Positions 42,101 to 52,161 of a DNA stretch of 64,000 bases are shown piece after piece. The stretch's first letter is position 1. Each line of letters opens with the position of its first letter. The stretch comes from Lingula anatina. Taxonomy: Eukaryota > Animalia > Brachiopoda. Below the pieces are notes generated by a model that did no database searches, was not told the origin of the DNA, and saw nothing but the letters and a program-made list of their open reading frames with translations. Location: contig CM120646.1 of the NCBI GenBank assembly GCA_051362555.1, positions 5,084,001 through 5,148,000 on the forward strand. Reading direction: 5' to 3'. Both the position numbers and the translations under genes were made by a program.

Positions 42101-44648
42101 CCGGATGCAGAATATTGTGTCCTGTACACACCTTGTGCCCGGACCACAAGGATTGTTCTGAAGCGGGAATAATGTGTAATGTTAATATATAAATACAGGC
42201 ACAGGAGCTTCACTAAACATACTGTACTGTATAATGAAATGGATATGAACTTAATGTCGAGAGAACTTGATATAATTCAAGTACAAAAGTCAAACTTTAA
42301 AAATTATTATCTTCATTTAAAAAAAAATGAAAATTACAAAATGAGTATTCTTATTAAGTCTTTAAATGCATCATTCGTGAATATTAACCCTGTTTCCTTG
42401 CGATATGATCCATTTTTGAGAAGTGTCAAACATGAATTGGGTTAAAGAATTGGCCTAACAATTGGAGCTTGTATTTAACAAAATGACTAAACGCAAGGGC
42501 AGAGTGATGAGAATATACTCTGCATGTACAACAAGGTTTCCAGTGTGTTTGCAGTTTTACACTAGGTCCTAGAGAGCGGTCGTCTCAACCTAAATGTGTT
42601 AGTTGTCCTGATCTGAAATTGTGCTGCACCATGTTTCGCGTGTAGTTAGATTCCCATCTGTTATCAAGGATACTAAGGCATGAATCATAAACGTCGCTTG
42701 GCTTCAGTTCAAAAACTCCCTTTTTTAAAATCATGATAAACGCTCCTTTGCCATTCCTGTAGATATTCATCTCAAATTACTGGTAAACAAACCAAAATCA
42801 CCCAAGACGCCGACATTAAAGAACAATGGATATCATAACATACGACAGCAGGTATTGGCGTCTCCACTGGCCCTCGTTTAGACACATTTAGTATTTACCG
42901 ACGAGATGTTTCTGATAGCATTTAACCTGGAATCCGGCACCGTAATATTAACTGGTGAAGTATCGTGACCATTGTGGTAGCAGCATATAATTATAGAGCA
43001 ACAGGGGAGCGCCATTATATGGGTGAAGCACGCAAGACAACGGCTGTTGCTTTTTAACGTGCAGGGTCAGTTTCTCAAAACATCATTAGACACAGACCTT
43101 TTGGTCTTATCATTAAGACAGTAAATGGTGGTCTAATTCAATTTAGAATACACTTCCAGTAGTGCATTAACATAAGGCAACAATTGGTTTAAACAATTAG
43201 CCACAGGGACTCCTTTCTTTTATAAGACAAGTTCATTTTGGCCACTACTCATTAATCTTCAGTTTAGCCGACTAATAAAAAAAATGGGCTTTAAAATGAC
43301 ACCTACTTTCGGTCTTAAGTCAATCGATGAAAAGGGACCCACTGATAAGATTATTACTACAAAAAACATGAAAGCTTTCCCCAGCAGAGACAACAAGGTA
43401 AAAATAATCAATGTCTTGATGAGTGAGTGTGGACGTGGGAAACTCCAGCCAATTACCAGTGATAAATAATGTCCCGCGCTTAATGGTTGTTTTCGGCCTA
43501 GATCTCATGAAATAAATAAGGAAGTAAACAAGGGGGCGTGGTCGACAATGGTGGTCAAATTGTAATAAAGAGAGAAAGGAGTCATTGAGGAGTGGTTAGG
43601 GCCACGATGAGATAAATGGACACTGAAGATGTGGGGTGGAATTTCTGAACTAAACCAATGCAAAATTATTATTGACAGCCATTATGTAACTTGATTCATG
43701 CCATTTTTTAATGCATGAAAAAAGATATCATTTATTTGACAACTGCTTCCAGATTTGTCCTCCATGTGGGAAACTGCAGCGACCAGAACAAATAAGCCAT
43801 GCTTAGAAAAGACGTTTGCCAAAAAGTTCAGCTTTTCTGAAAATGGTATATTTTTTTAACTGACAGAAAGGTCTAAGCAGCATAACAAGATTTTTATAAT
43901 AGATATTATGCTTACAAATAAAGAACTATTTTAATTGTCATTGGCAAATAACGTTTTTTATAACTGAGGAAAGTATTTAATTGTCCTTGTACTATAAAAA
44001 CAAATAATTTTTTCACATTTTCCAGCACGCTTTCTCTAATGAATGTAGACATTTAAACCATCTAAAAGATTGTTACATTAAACTGTATTCGTTCAACGTG
44101 AAAACGATTAATGGTCTATGACGTTGTACATGCACCAGCATTTGCAAATGGTATGAATTCACTTCACGTAGGGCAACTCTATGATGTAGTCATCACAAAG
44201 TACGTGGATGATTAATCATACAGCGCAATAATAAATTTTCTATGGAATCTTTAGATTCAACCATAACTTTTTTCTACTTACAGACAGGCATGGCCCTCCA
44301 ACTTGCTGTGCCTATAAATACAAACAGATTTTTGAATATATAGTTATAGACTGAATGAAATATACTTTCTCACGTGCATAAAGCATGTTCTGCAGAAATA
44401 ATTTTAGATCATGTGTTAAGTTACCCACCCGTTTTACTTTTTGACGTGCAAGATATCAGTTTTTTTTTCAAATATTTCAAATTTCATTCAGTGCTATATT
44501 TAAAGTTACTGCTGTGTAACTACTAAGAAATCAAATTCCAAACTCCGTTATTCAAAAAACTAAAGCCAATTAAATTGAATAGCCTTACCGTAGCTAAGCC
44601 CACCAAACAAAACATCGAAAATACCACAACAGCTGTTGGCATGTCCAT
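39162..44648 (-). CDS. Secreted multidomain serine-protease inhibitor, paralog B: signal + 6-Cys module + Kunitz + Pro/Arg linker + TIL + Cys tail (~239 aa, 7 exons)
   Basis: Exons 44648-44589 (MDMPTAVVVFSMFCLVGLAT), 44311-44282 (AQQVGGPCLS), 42157-42061, 41724-41494 (Kunitz), 40819-40769, 40187-40017 (TIL), 39241-39162 (stop TGA). All GT-AG, phases 0,0,1,1,1,1, total 720 nt. Confidence 0.85.
40017..40187 (-). CDS. Paralog B TIL (trypsin-inhibitor-like, 10 Cys) exon
   Basis: CPDGLVFSNCGLTCTRTCSNPSPRCVTTCKPGCMCPMERPFFENGRCVTRNEC; phase 1-1. Confidence 0.93.
41494..41724 (-). CDS. Paralog B Kunitz/BPTI exon
   Basis: CTLGKDVGPCRARLDRFHYNANAGRCEQFEYGGCRGNGNNFRSRAECENTC matches the Kunitz signature FxYGGCxGNxNNF. 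Confidence 0.95.
42061..42157 (-). CDS. Paralog B Cys-rich module exon
   Basis: NNPCGPGTRCVQDTIFCIRAPCPQPAPRCVPD; homologous to exons 48281-48371 and 49579-49669. Confidence 0.85.
44589..44648 (-). CDS. Paralog B signal-peptide exon
   Basis: aaaATG start, hydrophobic 20 aa, donor GTAAGG; TATATA on the minus strand near 44728-44733. Confidence 0.75.
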
Positions 44649-46465
44649 TTTCAAATCTCTCTATCTCTCTCTATTTATTTATCTATCTCTGTCTGTTTCA
44701 AACTAGAGCCTTGTTAGCGCTGGGACATATATACCCTGGCTAGCGTGTCTTGGGTCCATGAAGCGGCCACCGCTGTCCAATTGACCGGACCAGACTTGAG
44801 ACAATGTATGTATGACTTACTTCATACGAGTCATAAACGATGATAGGCATGGTATGTAGTCTGTGCAGTAGTTTGATAGCTAAGTCTCAGTTTCTTCAAG
44901 ATTTACCTTACTTTACTTTAATTTACTTTACTTTACAAAAATCATTACATTCTGCAACTGTTTATTTTTTATTTTTAGTGAACACAGACGCCTATTATAC
45001 ATATACATAATTCTTTTAATGATCGACCAATTCAAAGCAAGGACAGAAACCGAAATCGCTACACAAATGTGCTTTGTACACGCAATTTCTGGCAATATCC
45101 TAGACCTGAAGGTGCAAAGTAACTGAACGTTTTCTAGAGCTGTTGGAACACTTAAGTGGATGTGAAAAATACTTGTACTGGGTGCTGTGACTGTTGTTTC
45201 ATCACAGAAGGCACTGCTGTTATTACTGTTCTTGTAATCAGTAATCAAAAGATTAAAAAGATCTACTTCTTACTTTCAGGTCAACGCAACTCTTTTCTAA
45301 TCACATATATATATGTATATGTTCTGTTTCCGTGACAAACCGACTACTTATAGATAAATGATTTACATGTATGTTAAAGGCTCAAAATATTGCTTATTGG
45401 CATACTGCTAATCATGAGAGTATAATCGTGGCATTCACACTGTGCCCAAGTTAATCCTTGAAAGATGCCCTGAACTTTTTCACCCCATGGTATGTACATG
45501 TAGTTACACTGATCGCAGACGCGCATACCACTTAGACACCATTTCATTATTGCACAGTATCGAGGCCTATACCCAGTAGCTAATCTAACATCTTGATATA
45601 TTATGTGGTCATTGGCATTCCTTAATACATATTATTATTTCTATTAAATAGACAACGAACAATCACTTATGAGGAAATGGCCAATAGAGTTTCTATTGTA
45701 AATAGCTCTAGAAATTTATATAGACTTCACGAGGGAAAGGGGGGCTGGTGGAGTCTGAATGTTAGCAGACGAAATATTGGCTGGTATTGATAAAAGAAAC
45801 TAGTCATTTCAAACAGAGCTAATGACACTGTTCAACACTTATGCGGAGATTGCTAAAAAAAAAACAGCCCATTCTTTTGACAATATTTATTTTCTTACAA
45901 GGTAAAATGATTTACAACAAACAAAACAACGGTATACAACACAAAAACTACATACATGTGTATAATTCTTCTTCTATAAACATTAATTTCCTTATTATAC
46001 AATCGTTATTCCTTATTCCCAATAAATACCAGAGATTTCCGTTTTCGTCTAAGGTACTGAACTATTAGTTTTGAAGCCATATCTCGCACTGATTTCTAAA
46101 TAGATGTGACTAAACTTAAATAGAAGAACAACACGTTTCGTACAGTAACTACAAGTAAACACGTGCAGTGGATGTATGTACTGGTATACTGACGCATAAA
46201 AAATTATGGAATATAGAATATATGTATCTATATACATATACAGAACTATAGCAAAGAATACATATACAAATATGCGTCTTAACACTTGCAGGCCGTACCG
46301 GTAAAGTTGCATCTGCTCTCACTTACAAATTACACAATAAGGAAAATGTACGTTGCAATAAGTCAAAAAGTCAGAACTTTTCATATGGGAGATGTAGATG
46401 ACTGTGCTTTGGGATGTAGCTCAATGAACAATATTTGTTTAGATATAAAATGATATCGTGATATG

Positions 46466-49400
46466 TTAGCAGGTTATTCTGCCGGTCAATGGATCGGTGT
46501 AAAACTCTCTGTTGAAGCAGCGGAATAAGAAGGCAAGACTCGATGGTTTTGTACCTGCAATGAAAAAAATATTAACTCAAATGACCACTGCGTCATATAT
46601 TCTGACATGTTTAACATTTAGTCATAAGGTTAGTAAGGTTCTACTCAGCACACATGTGATGGTTGACATGTTTTGATAATTTTAATCAAATTAAATACTT
46701 AAAAATTGTAAAACTAGCTGATATATGCACTGTTAAGCCTACGTGATAACTTTCGTTCGAAATCTTTCCAATTAGTGGCGCTAATAGACAATAAAAACTA
46801 CACCGATATCTGAAACACACCGTTTGATTCTATATATAGCGACTGACACCTCATAACGTTTTAAGTGTATTTCACCTGTTTGTGGGCACTCCTCGGCCGC
46901 GATACACCTCCCCTCGTGAAGCACTGGGGCGCTGCGCGGGCATTCACACCCTAGCGTACACACCATCATACACACCGGGTTGGGGTTGGAGCACGTGGGC
47001 GGACACGGGGAGCCGCACAGTCTAAAGACTTGTCTGGGAACTGGACAAGATGCTGAAAGATTGAATTCGCTTAGAAATATGTGAAGTACAAAATTGGAAT
47101 CAAGTGAAGGTGTGCAATGAAACTGTCTGGACGCATAACCAAGAAATAATTTTAATAATTGTTACAGTGAGGTGAAAATTAGCCAAATAAAATTTGTGAC
47201 ATATTCGAACAAATAAAAATAAATAGGGCCCCATCCTTCCCCTTCCATCGAACTCTTGTCTCTTTGCAGTGACACCTAACACCGTGAAAATGAAAATAGA
47301 TAAAATAAATACTTACAATCCGCCTGTTGGCTCTGCTGAGTGACCTCCCCAGATGACCTTGCGCATGCGCTTTGACAGTCCTGAAGTGATCCAAAATTGT
47401 TCCCGTTTCCTCCACAACCGCCGTAGATGAATTCCTCACACGTGTTTGACTCCGAGTTGAAATAATATTTTGTATAATAGCCTCGACAATGGCCCACAAC
47501 TTTTGGCTCGCGACAAACGTCTGAAAATAGACAAAAATAATCAGTTATAATAAAATTTTAAAACTGAAATTTATTCTGTTTGAGCATGAGTTTATGGTCA
47601 GTCTCAGGGCAAAAATCTCAGCCGTCTTGAATTCTAGTTTTACACTGTTTATTTTTTATTCAAAAAGCAGCTTCACTGGTTTTTAGCAATTGGCTATCTG
47701 TTCACTCATTTAGAGCAAAACTCTCTGAAACAGAATAAAATGCCATTTGGAATGTTGCAATTCTCATTGTATTAAAATAATGTCCACCGAGTTTATGATT
47801 AAGAATTGAAATTTTCACCATAGCCTATAATATTTTATATCGATTTGAATTTTGTAAGTTAAGGAATGCACACACCAGAGTGCTTTGCAGAAAATGGTAA
47901 ACCGTCATTTGACGTGAAATTTATAAAATCAGATGATTATAACAATAAACTAACACAATAAACTTCCTACTTCACCTCCACTTGACGGTATAGCTAACAG
48001 AAAGAGAAGGTGTAATTTACTATTTAGTGTTGGGCATTTCAAATACCACTGTCCATTAGATGGACATGTACTTTGAATATGGTTACAAAATCAAGCAGAA
48101 CAGAATGAAACAAAACGTGCATACACCGTGCATACACAGTGCCTTTAATTGTATGATACTAAAGAATTCCCTACAATATTTCAATTTGCTTGGCCCAGCT
48201 CAAAAATTCAACCACCAAAGTTTGTTCTTAAACAACAACTCTGTATAAAATAGTTTATGACGAGTGAATTTAGAACCTACCAACACATAGTGGTTTAGGC
48301 TGAGGACAAGGACTGGTGACGCAAACTGCTGTCTCCTGTTGGCATTGGGTACCGGCCGGGCACTCCATATCCTAATATATGAAATGATACTTGAAGTTAT
48401 CACCGTTTTTAAATGACACTACTGTTTATTGATGAAAAAATAACAAATGAATGGATCGTGAGGATCAAAACTGAGCTCCTTATGCAAACGCCAAAATGGT
48501 GTGTCTTGCTAAAGGTATAGGTACATGTACGGCTTTCTTCAAATTAGCCTATATAACGACGTGAAAGTCACATTTTGTGTAATGTCCGATGATAAAAAGT
48601 GACCCCATCAAGTAGATATTTGTATGTGTCAATCGTTGAGATGGAATAATAGGTAAGTAAATAAAATTAAATCTCACCTTGCAAGAAGTGGCCTCTCTCT
48701 GTTGTATCTGTTGGACAGCCACCGCAGGCGAACCCGGGCAAGCGTTCTGGCAATCTTCAAGCGTCAGGAAGTTGTTTCCGTTTGCGTCGCAGCCGCCATA
48801 TGTAAACGACTCACAGGCATTTGTTTCGGCATTGAAATAAAACCTTGGGATGGACATCCTGCACCTGCCTATAACCTTAGGCTCACTGCACACATCTAAA
48901 ATAACGAGAATTGAACGTCAGTGAGTAAAAAAGTATAAAGCCACAATTAACTCGCCCTAACTCTATCTGAAGTGCAGATGACGAACCGTATATTGTATGG
49001 TAGGCACCTTCAAGAATAACCAACGGAAAAATAAGCACCTACTATGTCTAAACTTTGCGTGTATATTTACTGATTTATAGCATATTTACTTAATACTAAA
49101 AATGCAAACTCAAAATAGAAAAATGGAGCTTCCATAAATACAATTAAAGGTGCCGTACGATATATCATCATGTGATCAACACCAAACGTGTTTAAGGATA
49201 TATCTACCTTTTGGAGTTTCTTCGATGCCTACTTGTGGCTTGCCTGAGGCTTGGACTGAAAAATAAGATATTATTGATTTTAATTTTTTAAGTCGCTTTC
49301 ACTGGCAGCAGATGGAACCAACTGGAGCATCTAGGAAGTGCGACTTCAATACATTTCCAAAATATTTGGAGTTGTACATGTATGGTTTATATTGCAGCAT

Positions 49401-51392
49401 GTACCGGAAAGTTCTCTTTATTGTATTTTTCCGCCGAAATCCAATCAATTGAACATTCGCTACGAATGTCGATGAGAAACACAAGCATATTATATACTGA
49501 CCCAACTCTGCATATTTTATTCAATTTTTGATATAAAACAATCATTACCACAAATATAAAAGGCATAAAAAAACTCACCGACACACTCAGGTTCAGACTG
49601 TGGACAGGGGGCAGTGACACACGCTGTGGTATACTGGCGACACACTGAGCCATCTGGACAACTTATATCCTGTTAGAATAATACAATATTGATTAAACTG
49701 ACATCATCAAAAGCCATTTCTTTCTGGACATTTGATTGGTAACGATTATAAATCATGCCTTTGTAAATGTTAAAAGCAAATACCATTAAAATTGACCTTT
49801 TCCTTGTTAATGATTTCAAAAATTGTCAATGTGGATACACTGATTCCACTTTTAAATAATTTAAACACAGGTTAATTTCCCCGAGGAAATAGTGTTTATT
49901 TCCTCCAGTACAAAAAATAAATGTGTGCTATGCGGAAAATCGGTCGTGACGATCGAGACCGCACACATAGCATCACTGGGATATCCCACAAATATGCGAT
50001 GGTGTCGTCCACGACATGGTCCAGTGCATGCACTCGGCAATTAACCAATAAACAGGTGACCAGGAAGAAGTACCATTGTTGCACCTACAACAATGTTGTT
50101 GTACTGCTATTTTGTTTGTCTCGGGGGCACCTTTATTTGGGACTTGGGTAAGTTTTATTTCATATACAGTATACATAAGGTTTGGGCGCCACGACATTTA
50201 AAGAATAAATAAAAAAGCCTTTCCCTCTGAATGTCATCTTGTAAGTTTTTATTTTTTTTTATTATTATTATTTTTTTTTTTTTGACAAGTCTCCCGGTCA
50301 AAGTGATGCATTCAAATATGTTGATGAAGGTGAAAGGCGCATTCAGAACAATTTGACCCGCGGACTAACAGATCGCGGATCAAATATGACCGATCCACTT
50401 GAAAGCTTACCGCATAATCCTCTAATATACACTACAAAGATTCCCTGCGTGGGTTACTCAGTAAGCTTTCATGTGGGTCGGCCATATTTTGGTTGTGAGT
50501 GCGGTCAAAGAGAAGCAGATTGCATTATGTCCTATAAATTCACGAGTACATGATATGAGCAGGTTAATATTAGGGTGCTTTCCCAGAGATTTAGATCGAT
50601 CTAAAGATTAAGTTTTAGATCGACCTAACTCCCTTGGGGTTCACGCTAAATTGCAGTCAGCCGAGCGGGCACCATAGTTAATTACCCCCTTACAGCTTTT
50701 AGTAGGCGGGACAGACGCTTAAGCCGGCCAAGCTGACAGTAATCTAGTGAGACTCCCCACAGGGATAGATCGATCTAAAAATCTATGGAAATGGGGTGTT
50801 ACACTGCTTTCGCTTGGCAAATGACCGTATCAACGGAATACAAACGTTATGTGGAAGCTAAAGTAATGTGAAGCAATTTTTTATAGGCATTTTAATGTTA
50901 ACGTCCGTTATTAAATTTAATCTGTATTGCACTATTGGCATCTGGTTAAGAAAAAGTGTGACTTACCTCGCACGTTTTGCCTTGCATCTATAATGAAAAA
51001 AAAAGACAATTAAAGAGTGATACAGACTGTAATTTGATAAGACTGTAATTTGATAATATCTTCTGCGCTGCCACACGTTGAGATATAAACTAAAAACTGT
51101 CATAAACTACGTATAGTACTTGTTGCTGGAAACATTGTTCTTGACTATTCCCATTCATTTCGACATGTGGCACCATTCTTTAAATACTTACACTGATTAA
51201 TTGCTTCAGATTGTAGATCTAAATATGATCTTAATATTTACAACTATCATTTTTCAATTTATATCATTTTTAATCATAATGAATCAATGTGTTGCTGCAT
51301 TTTCAAAGTGCAGAGATACCTACCACGGCTGACGAGCTTTGAAAGAGAAGAACAGACAGCACGATGAGAACTTTACTGGAGATCCACACCAT
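46466..51392 (-). CDS. Secreted multidomain serine-protease inhibitor, paralog A: signal + 2x(6-Cys module + Kunitz) + TIL + Cys tail (~341 aa, about 10 exons)
   Basis: Exons 51392-51324 (MVWISSKVLIVLSVLLFQSSSAV), 50987-50967 (MQGKTCE), 49669-49579, 49255-49208, 48895-48678 (Kunitz 1), 48371-48281, 47993-47976 (18-nt, less certain), 47520-47317 (Kunitz 2), 47052-46876 (TIL), 46554-46466 (stop TAA). All GT-AG with compatible phases, total 1026 nt. Confidence 0.85.
46876..47052 (-). CDS. Paralog A TIL domain exon
   Basis: CPVPRQVFRLCGSPCPPTCSNPNPVCMMVCTLGCECPRSAPVLHEGRCIAAEEC (10 Cys). Confidence 0.93.
47317..47520 (-). CDS. Paralog A Kunitz domain 2 exon
   Basis: CREPKVVGHCRGYYTKYYFNSESNTCEEFIYGGCGGNGNNFGSLQDCQSAC. 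Confidence 0.95.
48281..48371 (-). CDS. Paralog A Cys-rich module 2 exon
   Basis: DMECPAGTQCQQETAVCVTSPCPQPKPLCV; 91 nt, phase 0-1. Confidence 0.85.
48678..48895 (-). CDS. Paralog A Kunitz domain 1 exon
   Basis: CSEPKVIGRCRMSIPRFYFNAETNACESFTYGGCDANGNNFLTLEDCQNAC. Confidence 0.95.
49579..49669 (-). CDS. Paralog A Cys-rich module 1 exon
   Basis: DISCPDGSVCRQYTTACVTAPCPQSEPECV; 91 nt, phase 0-1. Confidence 0.85.
50336..50506. mobile_element. MITE family B copy 3 (internally deleted)
   Basis: gcattcagaaca...ccgcggactaacagatc.cggatcaaatatg...ggccatattt...gtgagtgcggtc. Confidence 0.75.
50573..50798 (+). mobile_element. MITE family A copy 4 (in intron of inhibitor paralog A), TTA target duplication
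   Basis: Family A interior and TIRs; TTA on both flanks. Confidence 0.85.
51324..51392 (-). CDS. Paralog A signal-peptide exon
   Basis: aagATGG start, hydrophobic core, GTAGGT donor in phase 0. Confidence 0.75.
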
Positions 51393-51940
51393 CTTGCTGC
51401 TTCGGTAGATTTAATGGAACAACCAGAGAAGAGTTTCAAAAACACATATCCTTTTACAAATAACACAAATGATGATATCACTTGATGGCGATAAAAGCTG
51501 AATTGAGCTGTTATCCATCCACCGGTGACTTAAATACATCAGCGGTCGAGGAAATAGCCCTCATCTCGTGACGTGGGTGAATCTAAGAACTGACCCGCGT
51601 GGCGTTACTTAATCTTGATAAAGACACGTTTGTCAAACGATACATTTATGAAGAGAATCAAGGGGTCACAGACAATTCGTGACTAAGGCTGACCGGTCCT
51701 TCATTAAACAGGGCGGTAGCGATGTCGCCGAAAGTTTTGCTTCCGGGCGCTTCTAACACTGCTTCTAAAAATAAATCGAAATTCCTTATCGCAATGAAGA
51801 ACGTGCTGTTATCATATGTGGACTAACCAATGGTCATTTATATTAAAATTTTAACGCTGAATTTATCTCCATGGGGTGACTGATTTTGTAGTCATCGTAC
51901 TGGGTGTTTTTTTTTTTTTAATTTAACTAATGTCATAATA

Positions 51941-52086
51941 CAGGCCTGTAGCCAGCAATTTCAAAAGGGGGGTTCTTTTTCTGAAAAAGTGGACCTTTTT
52001 CCATATAAACGTCATGTACATAGATCAGATTTTACCCAGAGCGGACCTTTTCCCAGCAAAAGGGGCTGTTCTTTCGAACCGCCCGA

Positions 52087-52139
<53 letters not shown>

Positions 52140-52161
52140 ACCCCCACGGCTACGGGCCTGT
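51941..52161. mobile_element. hAT-like non-autonomous element containing a long poly-C tract
   Basis: TIR caggcctgtagcc / ggctacgggcctg; C run 52089-52145. A partial related sequence occurs near 29390-29440. The superfamily is inferred only from the CAG termini. Confidence 0.6.

Noticed and set aside
44928-45248. Hydrophobic ORF as signal exon of paralog B or as a bridge joining the two paralogs
   Set aside because: A better signal exon with ATG, donor and TATA-like element exists at 44648-44589, and paralog A has its own stop at 46466.
49896-50197. Candidate extra exon in inhibitor paralog A (acceptor near 50085)
   Set aside because: No frame yields a relevant domain, and 50967 splices cleanly to 49669 giving TCE|DISC, matching the other module copies.
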